From a virus (Duplodnaviria; Caudoviricetes): a stretch of 64,000 nucleotides of DNA. Under the pieces are notes generated by a model. That model was not told where the DNA came from and made no database searches. It saw only the letters and a program-made list of their open reading frames with translations. This document shows positions 29,808 to 40,193 of the stretch, in pieces. Each line of letters begins with the position of its first letter. Position 1 is the first letter of the stretch. The stretch lies in IMG/VR virus record IMGVR_UViG_3300037067_027684, positions 1 to 64,000 of that record; one strand, written 5' to 3'. The translations under genes and the position numbers were made by a program.

Positions 29808-32800
29808 ATGCCTGCAGCACCGTCAATTGAACGATACCAACCTAGTTTCTATAGATTTCCCATACAAAATGCTAGGACTGGTTTCAAGCCAGTATACCTA
29901 CCAGTAATCCTAATAGTACCAGGTAGGCGCACCCCAGAAGGCACACCGTTAGGTAACTCAGATGTCTTTGGAGTTAAATTCTTCGTAGCAGATGCTCCAG
30001 ACCCATCAATAGTTGCTGGTCCATACGTCTTCCCACCACCAGGACAAGCCGTTGTAAACGATCTTATAATTCCACAATTGAGTCGTTTTGTTCTCGATGT
30101 CTCATCTCTACAACTCTCTGATGTGCTAATTGATCCAAAACCACGTCAATTTTATGATAGTAGTGGTAACGTTATTGATTACGAGGACGCAGTTGAAGGT
30201 GATACTTTCCAATACACACTAGTTCGCGGTAGTACTAGTTCAACCATTCCGTGGTACCCAGATGCTGATTATTATGATTTGTCATTTTTCGTCATTGATG
30301 TAGAGGATTTACCTTATCCACAACGATATCATTTCGTATGGCAATGTAGCTATTACCGTAGGGTAGTGTTCGATCAGTTCGTATCTGGAACCGAACAAAA
30401 GTTCTGCATCAACACTAATGATACATCAATTTCCCAATATGACATAATTATAGCTCATCCTGGCGAAGTGCATGAACAGATGTTTCGACGTACTCCGCCA
30501 TTTTATTTTGATGGTGATAATTTCAAATTATCGACTGATCCAGTAGTTCAATTTTATCGTCCTTATGCTGATATGCTTCAGGACATTTATGATGAGCAGT
30601 CTTTTATTGATGGAATTAATCATATTGATAAGATTCCAGCACAACTAATTCCATATTTGGCTTATTTAATTGGTTGGGATCTTCCAAATTATCCTGGTGT
30701 TACTGATACTGTTCGTAGGTCTATTTTAAGACAGGCTGTTTATCTGCAACAACTTAAAGGTAGCCGTCGAGCTATCGTTGAATTGTTTGAAATTTTTGGG
30801 TATATGGTTGACATTATTAATTTGTGGTATACCACTGATGGTGAACACTTAGTTGCTCCAGAAGAGAATATTGGTATTCCTGGTGAGCAGATTACTACTG
30901 AGACAGTTTGTCAAATTGAACCGTTGGTGTCAGATTATTCTACTCCAGGTTTTGGTGAATTCGAGATACCTCTTCTTTACAGAGCTACGAATAATATCAC
31001 AGTGACCGCGTGGTTGGTTAAGGATGGTCCTACTCTAACTGCATTACAACAAGCAGCTGAGGATACGATAACCAATCCAGACATTCTAGCTGGCGGGTGT
31101 CAGACTACGCTTGCTGGTTTTTTGATTCCACAAGAATTGTTGGATCGATTGCCGGTTGGTGATCCAACTGTCGTGGCGATGTCCGAAGCTATTATTGATT
31201 ATCGCACTGGAATAGTCACTGATGTTGTTAGTACATCTACTATTCCTATCATTAATAATCTTGGTTGTCATTATGACCGTAATAGGAATTTAGTGACTAT
31301 TAACTTTGATCATTATGAGGATTTTACAGATTCAACTAAGTTATTCATTTTTGTTACTTATCCAAGAACCAAATTAATAATTCCAACTCAGATGAATAAT
31401 CTGAGGTCTAATAGATTTGATGTTCGTATTATGCTTAAGAATGGCGATGTTCCACAGTCATCTGTTCTTGATTTCTTGATGAATTTCATATTCAAGTTGA
31501 AGGCATTCCATTCGTTACTTAGGAAGATAATTTTTGATATCAACCTAGATGCTGCTTATGCCGTTCAAGATTATTGTCTAAGTGACGCTGGTGATCTACA
31601 AGTTCCACAAGCTATAATACCTCTCAACCAATCTAGTAATGAATGTAACGAGGCTTTAGTTCAACGTGGCTTTAAAGATGAGGATCTAACTTTACGTAGA
31701 CTCATCTATGATAATCTTCTAGCAGAAAACCAAGCGTGGCGCGAACTAGACAACACACATCCAGTTGATCCAGCTATTGAGCATTTTCTCAATATTCCGT
31801 CTTCACCTCCAGAGGGATCTACTTGTCAATTTACACAGTATGGTCAGGATCGTGTGATTTCTGATCCTAGCTTAAATCTAGATGTGGTCCCAGACACTAG
31901 AGAGAAGGTTTGTGAAGATAATCCCACAAATCCAAATAATTGTTTCAAAGGTCGGGTTAAAGCAGATCTTCTAACAACTCTTAACTTGCCGCTAACGGAG
32001 GATGTGTTTTGTACTCCTTGTAGTCTTGGCTATGGTACTGGATATTATTGGGTCTTTCCTGCTGATGTTGTCAGTAATCTTCGAAACGGTTTTGGACATT
32101 ATACTGGTCAGAACAATATTAGTTTCCTTGGTAAAAAGATTTATCAATATAATCATCCAATTCCTAAGAGTTTACATTATACCAATCGTCCATTCTTAAT
32201 TGACCAACAACTTGAAAGTGATCAATTGTTGGCTTATCGTCGTCCGTCGTTAGATGTCAAGAAAGACAATCATTTCTTTCCTGGGCATCGTTTTGTGTTT
32301 GCAATGAATTTGGAATCAGATTATGTTCATCCTCTTTGGAAGGCTAAACCTTGGGATGGAGAAGGTGATTTAAATGCGCATTTGGTGACTCTTACTAATG
32401 GTGATCAACAATTAGTTTTTGATACGGTCGATCTCATCTATCATGGTAATGGTATTCCTGCTGATGTTTCTACATATGGCACGCATGATGACAGAACTTA
32501 TCAAGTTACACATAAGGTGTATATGGTTACTCCTCCTGGTCATCCAGCGGTTAAATTGGACGATGTTATTGTAGAAACTACGGACGAGAGTATTGTGTTT
32601 GATTCCTCGGTCCCATTTGACCCTCTGTTTAAGTCATATAATCGTGATTGTAACCAGGATTATCGTGGTGGCTACCCTGCAGAATATGGTCGTTTTAATG
32701 TTGATGATCTACGTGGCTCTGGTCATTGGAGTGAGGAATTATTAGATGCTCTTGGATTCCCACATCGTTCTGGTTCTGCTAGTGGTGAAGATATTACTGC

Positions 32801-33686
32801 TTTGTTCACTTACAATAGCGGAATTTTGCTAGAAGAGAATGATGCTCAATGGCGTTATTATGAACCTTATCGGTATGATTGTGAATGCTCGCAATTCCCA
32901 TGTAATGGTTCTACCGGTTCTGCGTCAACTGGTTCTACTGGTTCGGTTGGTCCTTTGGTTAATTTAACATCATGTTTGCTGGATCAATACCTACAACCCG
33001 ATGGCACTTATTATTATCGATGTGATCAACTTGATCTTGAGCCAAGAGTCGTGCTTGAAGAACAAATGGGAGTATGTTCTACGTTGTTTGATGGGACTAT
33101 CCCTAATTTCTTGTGTGTTACTCAGAGTGGTGTAATTCCTACAGGTTCTGCGATTTTACCAGTTGGTTCCTTTAAGTGGAAAGATGAATATGGCACTATC
33201 TATAGTGGTTCATGGACATTTAAGGATAATGTGTTAGACATCACAACCACCGTCAAAATTCCATATGTTTGGGGACAACCAATAGAAGGTTATGTTGAGA
33301 ATAGGATTGTTTATAAGAAAGGTATTGTTACTACTATTAGGGAAGTTTTTGAGATTGCGGTTGATGGTTCTTATGTTAAGACTGGAGAGGGAATTAGTCA
33401 GAAGGTTGAGTTCTTTGCGACAACATCTGTCTGCGGTGATCCTCCTTATGTTGACAATTTCTGTTATCATTATGACTGTGCTGTGGTTGATGAGATTGAT
33501 GGTTCAGTCACTTGCGGCTCTAGATGGGCTGATTTTGGTGATTTAGGTATTGCTTGGTCAGATTTGGTTGTTAATTCGTTTGGTGTTGTGACTGGAATTA
33601 ATTATACTGATCAACCATTCCAATGGGTGAATGTCTGGAGTGATGACGATGTTTTGGTTCATATCTGTGGATCTTCGGGGTCATGA
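29808..33686 (+). CDS. large baseplate/tail protein with P2 gpI-like domain
   Basis: LIPYLAYLIGWD..RRSILRQAVYLQQLKGSRRAI..LF..FG; late motif 29778-29785. Confidence 0.8.
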   Translation: MPAAPSIERYQPSFYRFPIQNARTGFKPVYLPVILIVPGRRTPEGTPLGNSDVFGVKFFVADAPDPSIVAGPYVFPPPGQAVVNDLIIPQLSRFVLDVSSLQLSDVLIDPKPRQFYDSSGNVIDYEDAVEGDTFQYTLVRGSTSSTIPWYPDADYYDLSFFVIDVEDLPYPQRYHFVWQCSYYRRVVFDQFVSGTEQKFCINTNDTSISQYDIIIAHPGEVHEQMFRRTPPFYFDGDNFKLSTDPVVQFYRPYADMLQDIYDEQSFIDGINHIDKIPAQLIPYLAYLIGWDLPNYPGVTDTVRRSILRQAVYLQQLKGSRRAIVELFEIFGYMVDIINLWYTTDGEHLVAPEENIGIPGEQITTETVCQIEPLVSDYSTPGFGEFEIPLLYRATNNITVTAWLVKDGPTLTALQQAAEDTITNPDILAGGCQTTLAGFLIPQELLDRLPVGDPTVVAMSEAIIDYRTGIVTDVVSTSTIPIINNLGCHYDRNRNLVTINFDHYEDFTDSTKLFIFVTYPRTKLIIPTQMNNLRSNRFDVRIMLKNGDVPQSSVLDFLMNFIFKLKAFHSLLRKIIFDINLDAAYAVQDYCLSDAGDLQVPQAIIPLNQSSNECNEALVQRGFKDEDLTLRRLIYDNLLAENQAWRELDNTHPVDPAIEHFLNIPSSPPEGSTCQFTQYGQDRVISDPSLNLDVVPDTREKVCEDNPTNPNNCFKGRVKADLLTTLNLPLTEDVFCTPCSLGYGTGYYWVFPADVVSNLRNGFGHYTGQNNISFLGKKIYQYNHPIPKSLHYTNRPFLIDQQLESDQLLAYRRPSLDVKKDNHFFPGHRFVFAMNLESDYVHPLWKAKPWDGEGDLNAHLVTLTNGDQQLVFDTVDLIYHGNGIPADVSTYGTHDDRTYQVTHKVYMVTPPGHPAVKLDDVIVETTDESIVFDSSVPFDPLFKSYNRDCNQDYRGGYPAEYGRFNVDDLRGSGHWSEELLDALGFPHRSGSASGEDITALFTYNSGILLEENDAQWRYYEPYRYDCECSQFPCNGSTGSASTGSTGSVGPLVNLTSCLLDQYLQPDGTYYYRCDQLDLEPRVVLEEQMGVCSTLFDGTIPNFLCVTQSGVIPTGSAILPVGSFKWKDEYGTIYSGSWTFKDNVLDITTTVKIPYVWGQPIEGYVENRIVYKKGIVTTIREVFEIAVDGSYVKTGEGISQKVEFFATTSVCGDPPYVDNFCYHYDCAVVDEIDGSVTCGSRWADFGDLGIAWSDLVVNSFGVVTGINYTDQPFQWVNVWSDDDVLVHICGSSGS

Positions 33687-35392
33687 ACAAATATATTACC
33701 GGATCAGAGCAAGGAGTAGCATTGGATAGTTTTAACGAAGATGTGGATGATAGCCTAAAGGATATCTTCGTCAACTGGGATACCTTTTGTAAGGAAAATG
33801 GTATTTTCTATGATATTGTGTCTGATGAAGCGAATATCCAAGGCTATCTTCTGTTAGATAAAGAGCATGCCGATAAGGTTCGTGATTATATTGGGAAGAA
33901 AGCAGAAGAGAATGATGTGCATATGGAAGTTGACAAAGATAGGCGTCATGGCGTGTTGTTTACTTTTACGATTACAAGCATTAATGACGATGGACATTGG
34001 CAACTTCTGAGTAAGAAGCCGAAACGTAGTGAGATGACTATGTTCGCCAACAAGAGCGATGCCAAGAAGGTAGATTCTGGTAAGAGTCTAGCGCATCAGG
34101 GCGGTTTTAAAGATAAGATCAATAGCATACTTAGACCAATTGATGAATCTGACGACATTCCTGAAAAAAGCATATTGAAGAGTATTCATAATGAAGATCA
34201 ATATAAGAGTCCCACTAGGCGCATGATTCAGAAGCAGACAGCTTTTAGGAGTTCCTTTAATAAGTCTAAGTCATTTGGTGGTGTTAAGAAATATATTGGT
34301 GAATCTCGTGAATTGTTGGAGATGGAGTCGCCGAAGATTGAAGTTTCTAGTAATGTTGGTTTAGTGAGTGCTAATCGGGTTCCATTCCCAACGAGAGATG
34401 AGAATCCAAATATTAGGGTTGCTCGCCAAGATTTGACTGATGCCCCTAGAAATCCGATGAATGTGATCGTTAAAAATAGTGAAATTCCTACGAGCACTTG
34501 GATATGTCCTAATTGTAATGATGAGATCCGTGAGAAATCACTTTATTTTGATAATATAAATTGGTTTCATCGTTCTTGTGGTGGGCAAATCATTCTGCCT
34601 GAAAGAGAATTTGTGTCAGAAGCGGTTGTTTCGCTAGCTCCTACCCAGATTATGTTCCCAAGTAGATTGCAGGAATACCTTAGGCAGACTAAGCTGCCAA
34701 TCGGTGTTGAAAAATGGGACCCACAGAAAATTAGGGATTTAATTGGGAATACTAACCGAAAGCGTGAATATTTAGAAGATTGGATGTATGAGAATCGTGT
34801 TTTATTGAGGAGTGCTGATAGGAATTATGTTGATACTCTGAATTTATTACATCGTCGCTACAAAGAAAAAGCTGACAAGCTTAACAGCATTCTCAGTGGT
34901 ATGGGTATCGTTACTGAACGTACTGTTCCAGCCACTAGAGTTGGTAGGACTACCGACCCAATAAGCCGCCAGTCTCCTAAGAAGTTCGTTCCTGATCCTG
35001 GTAACGAAATGGTTGCTAACCCAGACGAAGTGATTCCTATTGATAGTGGTACTTTACCATCTCAGCCAGCGGATGCCCAAGCTCCAGATGTTGATGACAC
35101 TCCTTTAACTAATGTCCAGCCTGATGACACGGCTTCGAAGGTTTCTCAACGTGTGGATGGTGCGGCTCAAGAGCTGGCTAAGCAGCAGAATATGAGACCA
35201 ATTGGTGAGTTTGGGCCTACTGATTTACGTGCCGCGAATGCCCAACCAGTGTCTAATGTGAGTGTACAGCATCCTCCTACTCGTGGTATGGATTTGACTT
35301 CTCCGCGTGTTACGGTAACTGGCAAACGTGGGATGACCAGGACTGCCGATGATTTATATCGGGAATTAATGACTCTAATGGGGCAGGGATAA
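33683..35392 (+). CDS. putative virion protein
   Basis: 569 aa between structural genes; LLE/VTE/VSE sites. Confidence 0.55.
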   Translation: MNKYITGSEQGVALDSFNEDVDDSLKDIFVNWDTFCKENGIFYDIVSDEANIQGYLLLDKEHADKVRDYIGKKAEENDVHMEVDKDRRHGVLFTFTITSINDDGHWQLLSKKPKRSEMTMFANKSDAKKVDSGKSLAHQGGFKDKINSILRPIDESDDIPEKSILKSIHNEDQYKSPTRRMIQKQTAFRSSFNKSKSFGGVKKYIGESRELLEMESPKIEVSSNVGLVSANRVPFPTRDENPNIRVARQDLTDAPRNPMNVIVKNSEIPTSTWICPNCNDEIREKSLYFDNINWFHRSCGGQIILPEREFVSEAVVSLAPTQIMFPSRLQEYLRQTKLPIGVEKWDPQKIRDLIGNTNRKREYLEDWMYENRVLLRSADRNYVDTLNLLHRRYKEKADKLNSILSGMGIVTERTVPATRVGRTTDPISRQSPKKFVPDPGNEMVANPDEVIPIDSGTLPSQPADAQAPDVDDTPLTNVQPDDTASKVSQRVDGAAQELAKQQNMRPIGEFGPTDLRAANAQPVSNVSVQHPPTRGMDLTSPRVTVTGKRGMTRTADDLYRELMTLMGQG

Positions 35393-35410
35393 ATACTTTG
35401 AGGATCAAAC

Positions 35411-36055
35411 ATGTCAATACCAGAACATGACAATAGAATGCAGTTTCCTCCAACCTTAATTGATTTTGATGATCAAGTTGGAGTTACTGGTCAATTACAT
35501 GATACGTATCCAGCTCCTGGGCAGCAGCCGCGTTATGATTGGTTTCGTATGGCAATTATTGCCCTATTATCAATGCAATCATCGGAAGATCCGCCTACTC
35601 AATATCGTACTGGTACTCCTTGGTTTAATAGAACTAACAATACTATCGAAGTATGGAGTGGTACTGCTTGGGTCGGAATTGCTACTTTTATTGGCTTAGA
35701 GACTAGTTTGTCTGGTGATGTGACTGATTTACTTGGGTGGTATAATTCTGCTAAGGTTAAATTGACTAAGATTCAACCAAGAATTACCTATAGTGGCAGA
35801 TCTTCAGCTAGTAATGTAGCGACGATTCCGGTGCCAACATCAGTTCAAACCACAATTACTGGTTTGGAATCAATTTTGAGACCATTGGTGTACATTAATG
35901 GTGCTTTGGTTGACCCAAGGTTGTGTAATTTCAATCCTGGTTGTCCCAATTCGATTTTGTTGTCTGGTGGTGTTACTTTGGATAGGAATGATAATTTTAC
36001 TGTGATGATTGAATACTTCGATCAATTCCTAAGCGAAGATGTAATTGCGTCATAA
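35411..36055 (+). CDS. tail fibre/baseplate-type protein
   Basis: P...GTPWFN..IEVWSGTAW repeat; VYINGAL. Confidence 0.65.
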   Translation: MSIPEHDNRMQFPPTLIDFDDQVGVTGQLHDTYPAPGQQPRYDWFRMAIIALLSMQSSEDPPTQYRTGTPWFNRTNNTIEVWSGTAWVGIATFIGLETSLSGDVTDLLGWYNSAKVKLTKIQPRITYSGRSSASNVATIPVPTSVQTTITGLESILRPLVYINGALVDPRLCNFNPGCPNSILLSGGVTLDRNDNFTVMIEYFDQFLSEDVIAS

Positions 36056-36065
36056 GGAGAGTCAG

Positions 36066-37133
36066 ATGAACCAGAGCGTGACATTCGAGGAAGCCTATAA
36101 GGTCTTCCATGGCGATAAGAAAGGCGTTCACGGTATTCTAGAGTTCATCATCCGTGATCGTCGTGGGAATGTGGTACAACATTATTTTGATAGGAATATC
36201 ATTAAGATTTTCGCCAAAGAAATGTTGGCGCATAGGTTGCCTTCTACGCAAATCTGGGACCCGAATGCTAATACTGGCACGGGTGCTTGGGTTGATTCTG
36301 GAATTGATCCCACTGAAGAATTCTCCGCCAGATACATTCTGTTTGGTGCTTCCTTCAGCAGCACAGGTGCTCCTCTAGACAATGAAGACCCTCGTTTCTA
36401 TACTAAGGATACTGTGACTGATACTTATATTCCGATTAGATTAGGTCCTGGTGCTGAATATGAGGGTAGTTTGATTAATGCTATTCCACTTGCTGAACCT
36501 AATCGCTCTCTGAAGAAAGTTGAAGACATTTCTTATCAGGCTAGTTTTCAACCTGCTGGTACTCCGCTTCTTCAGAGTGATGTTCGTGGTATTAATAATA
36601 TTCTTAAGTTGAAGACAACTTTGCGTTTGGATGAATATAATGGTTTTGGATTGACTGATAGTGATTATTTCACGATAACTGAGGTTGCACTTGCTGGTGG
36701 TAAGAAGTTTTCTACTGTTGGTGCTTGCGAGTGCACTCCTAGGACTCTGTTTTTAGAGGGTGGCTCTGGTTCTGGTGGTCCTCTTCATTGTTCGGCCAAT
36801 GGTACTAGTACGGTTACTATTGACACTGGCGAATCGGATGTTGATTTGATCAAGGCTGGTGATCAGATCAAGATTGTTGGTGCTTCTGATAGTGTTGGTA
36901 GTGAGTCTATTAATCAGGTTAATCCTTTCTATTTGGTGTTGACGAAAGCTGTTGGTGGTCGTGATCTTGGCCTAGATAGGACTCCGGTTGATGTTAATAA
37001 TGTTCCTTTGACTGGTTCTATTGGTGTTTATCGTGATACTTTGCGAATTTTCTCGCATCGCATACTTTCAGTGCCTTTGAAGAAATCAAGTGATTTCGAA
37101 ATCGAAGTTGTCTGGAGAATTATTTTTGCTTAA
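36066..37133 (+). CDS. baseplate/tail-collar-type structural protein
   Basis: EYNG..ITEVAL..FSHR....LKK..DFEIEVVWRIIF. Confidence 0.7.
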   Translation: MNQSVTFEEAYKVFHGDKKGVHGILEFIIRDRRGNVVQHYFDRNIIKIFAKEMLAHRLPSTQIWDPNANTGTGAWVDSGIDPTEEFSARYILFGASFSSTGAPLDNEDPRFYTKDTVTDTYIPIRLGPGAEYEGSLINAIPLAEPNRSLKKVEDISYQASFQPAGTPLLQSDVRGINNILKLKTTLRLDEYNGFGLTDSDYFTITEVALAGGKKFSTVGACECTPRTLFLEGGSGSGGPLHCSANGTSTVTIDTGESDVDLIKAGDQIKIVGASDSVGSESINQVNPFYLVLTKAVGGRDLGLDRTPVDVNNVPLTGSIGVYRDTLRIFSHRILSVPLKKSSDFEIEVVWRIIFA

Positions 37134-37152
37134 AGATTGATCACAAAATCAA

Positions 37153-37197
37153 TGCTCTCCTTAATCATACAGACGTATATAAAGATTAAGGAGAGCA
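37153..37197 (+). promoter_or_regulatory. 14-bp inverted repeat occluding the RBS of the endonuclease gene
   Basis: TGCTCTCCTTAATC..GATTAAGGAGAGCA, ending 3 nt before ATG 37201. Confidence 0.8.
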
Positions 37198-37200
37198 ACA

Positions 37201-38451
37201 ATGCCAACAACTCTTAATTGGTCTGAAATTGATCCTCTAATCAGAGAGCATCTTCCATCAATGACTTGTGTTGATTTTTGTAAGCGTTTTCCATTTACTA
37301 TCTCTCGGACGATTGGGCAAAGAGCCAAGAAACTTGGAGTTAAACCATCTGCTAAGAAAATAAGTATTGAACATAGATTGAAAATAGGTCTAGCGCAGTC
37401 GAAGTATGAACCTACTTCTGAAATTGATGATTTTATCCTAAACAATAGTAGTAAGCTTAGTGTGGTTGATATGGCTTGTAAGTGTAGTACAAGTCAGATG
37501 TGGTCTCCATATGCTATTAGGAAAAGGATGAAAGAATTGGGAGTTAAGGTCACACGTGTGGAAAATCGTGACCCGAAGAAGAAAAGAATACCTATATCTT
37601 CAAATAGAATTAATTGGTCTATTTTTGATGATTTGCTTAGAACTAAATTAACAGAGATGTCGGTCGAAGATTTTCAGAGAGAATTCATGCCAATGGTGTC
37701 TTCTAAGGCAATTGGCAAACGGGCTAGGAAACTTGGGATTGCGCATGGAACTTATAGACCGGATTCTAACCATAAATTGAAGATTAGTGAGGGTGTTCGA
37801 ATATATAGGTTCCAGTCTGGTCAGGACGATTTTATGAAAAACAATGTTGATAGATTTAATCAGGTTGAATTTGCTGAGATGTTTGGTGTTAGTCAAATGG
37901 CGATTTGGAGAAGAATGAATGAACTTGGTTTGGAAAGAGATATTTCTAATTTGGAACATCGACATTATGGTAGAATTGGAGGACCAATTGGTTCATCGAT
38001 ACGTCAACATCAATTACAAAATATGACCAATGGCGAATTGAAGGTTTTACGCGAGAAGATTAGTAGAAGTTGTCAGGTTGCTTTTAAAGAAGGGCGTATC
38101 AAGCCCAGATTTGGTATTGGGAGTGATTTGGTGACAGTTAAAGGTGGTTCTTTTCATACGCGCTCTAGCTATGAAACAAGTTATGCTAGGATTTTAGATT
38201 GTAATGAAGATGTTATTCGTTTTGAATATGAACCATTTGAGATTGAGTATGAATTTGGTGGTATTAAAAGATTTTACAATCCTGATTTTCTTGTTTGGTA
38301 TATTGATCGTGTTGAATTGGTTGAGGTCAAACCAAAGCGTTTCCTTAATGAAGAAAGAAATCCAGCTAAATTCACTGCGGCTGAGAGATTTTGTCTTGAT
38401 AAAGGTATTGATTTTGTTGTTGTGACAGAGGCTGAGTTAGATAAAACATAG
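37201..38451 (+). CDS. free-standing PD-(D/E)XK (TnsA-like) endonuclease with repeated HTH units
   Basis: RSSYE..FEYEP..YNPDFLV..VEVKP..K..AA. Confidence 0.85.
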   Translation: MPTTLNWSEIDPLIREHLPSMTCVDFCKRFPFTISRTIGQRAKKLGVKPSAKKISIEHRLKIGLAQSKYEPTSEIDDFILNNSSKLSVVDMACKCSTSQMWSPYAIRKRMKELGVKVTRVENRDPKKKRIPISSNRINWSIFDDLLRTKLTEMSVEDFQREFMPMVSSKAIGKRARKLGIAHGTYRPDSNHKLKISEGVRIYRFQSGQDDFMKNNVDRFNQVEFAEMFGVSQMAIWRRMNELGLERDISNLEHRHYGRIGGPIGSSIRQHQLQNMTNGELKVLREKISRSCQVAFKEGRIKPRFGIGSDLVTVKGGSFHTRSSYETSYARILDCNEDVIRFEYEPFEIEYEFGGIKRFYNPDFLVWYIDRVELVEVKPKRFLNEERNPAKFTAAERFCLDKGIDFVVVTEAELDKT

Positions 38452-38454
38452 AGT

Positions 38455-38751
38455 ATGGATTTTGATAGTTTGTTGACAGAGGCTCTAGATAAGGTGACTC
38501 GGAAATATGAGATCACTGGGAGTGAGAAACAGTTGGATGAACTTGAGTCTTTACTTGCTTGGGCACAATATCTTGGCTCTATTGGGCATTCAGGGACTGC
38601 TGAATTTTCGGTTGATGGCGATGGAAGTGCTAGGATTGAGGTGAAGAAGGGTAATTCTAAAATTAAACTTGATGATAATGACGAACATTGGGTTAATAAG
38701 GACGGCCATATTAGACATTGTGGGACGGAATTTAAGGTCGGTCTTAATTAG
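38455..38751 (+). CDS. small putative late protein
   Basis: MDFDSLLTEAL N-terminus. Confidence 0.65.
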   Translation: MDFDSLLTEALDKVTRKYEITGSEKQLDELESLLAWAQYLGSIGHSGTAEFSVDGDGSARIEVKKGNSKIKLDDNDEHWVNKDGHIRHCGTEFKVGLN

Positions 38752-38776
38752 GTATTTGAAATTAGGAGGATCTAAT

Positions 38777-38974
38777 ATGAGTGGATGCGGCTGTGGTTGT
38801 AAATGTGGCAACAAACAGACCGATTGTGACCTTTGTGGTGACCCACTTCCAAAGGATCACAAGCGTTGTAAATGTTGTGGTCGAAGTGCCTGTAAGTCTT
38901 GCTTAAATGAAGATGATTTTTGCATTGTGTGTGTTGAGACTGAACACGAATGTCCAGCATGCAAGTGTGAATGA
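38777..38974 (+). CDS. Cys-rich Zn-binding peptide
   Basis: AGGAGG RBS; multiple CxxC. Confidence 0.65.
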   Translation: MSGCGCGCKCGNKQTDCDLCGDPLPKDHKRCKCCGRSACKSCLNEDDFCIVCVETEHECPACKCE

Positions 38975-39007
38975 CGTATTCCACTGACTCCAAAGATAAT
39001 GCGTACG

Positions 39008-39144
39008 GAGCTTCTGATGCCACATCTACGTGCCTACGTCTGTTGTACTTCTCCCCTTATGATAGAGGGGATTCGCCACGCAGTTGACACCTCGATGAAC
39101 TCCACATCTCCCCATTGTAGGTAGCAGATGTGGCGTCAAGGCTC
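39008..39144 (+). ncRNA. candidate structured ncRNA or 5' leader
   Basis: GC-rich intergenic rod; 39015-39027 pairs with 39126-39138, 39031-39037 with 39117-39123; G-U pairs favour + strand; late motif 38991-38998. Confidence 0.6.
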
Positions 39145-39145
39145 T

Positions 39146-39793
39146 ATGAAAAAGATTATTCTTCTCTGGCCCACAGCACGACCACAAGTAATGCGCCAAA
39201 CACACCTGATTTGGCATAATAGAGCAGTCGTTAAACCCGACATTCTCATTGCCGTTAATACACCAGAACAACAAAGTCAATTGTTAGATTTTGGTAATGT
39301 GCTGGTTGTTGGTGATAATCGTAAGGGGCCAGCGTATCCCACTTTTGTTTTAGGCAAAGAAGTTAATGCCAAGCATGGTGATATTCTGATTCTTGTGTCT
39401 GATGACTTCTATCCTCCAGATCATTGGGACGAATATTTGAGGAGTGCTTTTGAGAGTTACTCTGGCTCAATTTTGGTTAATGATGGTCATCAATTTGGTG
39501 GTTGTATGACCATTCCTATCATGGATTATGCTTGTTTGCTTAAGTTGAATCGGATAATTTATCATTCTGATTATAATTGGCAATATGCTGATACTGAACT
39601 CTTTTTGAATTTAAGTGAAATGGGATTATTGCGTGATTTGCGGTTGACAAGTCCTGTGTTTGAGCATAGGCATTGGGCAAACGGTAAGAGGGTTCTAGAT
39701 GAGGTTGATGTTCCTGGCGCTAGGATGCGTGATTATGATATTTTGACTTGGGAGAGGAGATCTAAGTTGTCTCTGATTGAGCGACTGAAATAA
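39146..39793 (+). CDS. GT-A (GT2-like) glycosyltransferase
   Basis: PTAR, ILVSDDFYPP..WD, YADTE, FEHRHW. Confidence 0.75.
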   Translation: MKKIILLWPTARPQVMRQTHLIWHNRAVVKPDILIAVNTPEQQSQLLDFGNVLVVGDNRKGPAYPTFVLGKEVNAKHGDILILVSDDFYPPDHWDEYLRSAFESYSGSILVNDGHQFGGCMTIPIMDYACLLKLNRIIYHSDYNWQYADTELFLNLSEMGLLRDLRLTSPVFEHRHWANGKRVLDEVDVPGARMRDYDILTWERRSKLSLIERLK

Positions 39794-39839
39794 CTGTAAA
39801 ATATCGTCAGGCGTGATATGATTTATTAGGAGACACTAA

Positions 39840-40193
39840 ATGCTTGGTCCTGATGAACTCACCAAACTTTGTATTAGCCTAATAAAGAATAAGGAGCAAG
39901 TCATCAGGACTCTTTACGATGATATTAATAAGGCCGAAGCTCAAGTTGACGGTTTAACCAAGGTGATTCCTTCTCTAGATCAATCAAGCGAAGAGAACTT
40001 TAGGTATCAATTGAAGACATGTATGCAGGTTCAAGCTCAACAGGCTTTGATCATTAGGAAGCTGTTGATGATGAATTTTATTTTGGTTGCATCTGGTGAT
40101 TTGGAGCGTCAAGCAGCTAGTGTTGCAAATACTTTGGGTGGTGGTAAGGAAGCGTTACAGGCGATGTTTAATGCAAAGCTTGGAGGGAAATGA
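39840..40193 (+). CDS. hypothetical protein
   Basis: AGGAG RBS. Confidence 0.65.
   Translation: MLGPDELTKLCISLIKNKEQVIRTLYDDINKAEAQVDGLTKVIPSLDQSSEENFRYQLKTCMQVQAQQALIIRKLLMMNFILVASGDLERQAASVANTLGGGKEALQAMFNAKLGGK

Noticed and set aside
37201-38451. Tn7-like or CRISPR-associated transposon
   Set aside because: Only a TnsA-like nuclease domain; no tnsB, tnsC, tniQ or transposon ends, and Cas3 is intact.
38449-38457. Amber readthrough fusing the endonuclease to the 38455 ORF (TAG AGT ATG in frame)
   Set aside because: One-in-three chance arrangement; the nuclease ends at a normal C-terminus and the next ORF has its own late-type N-terminus.
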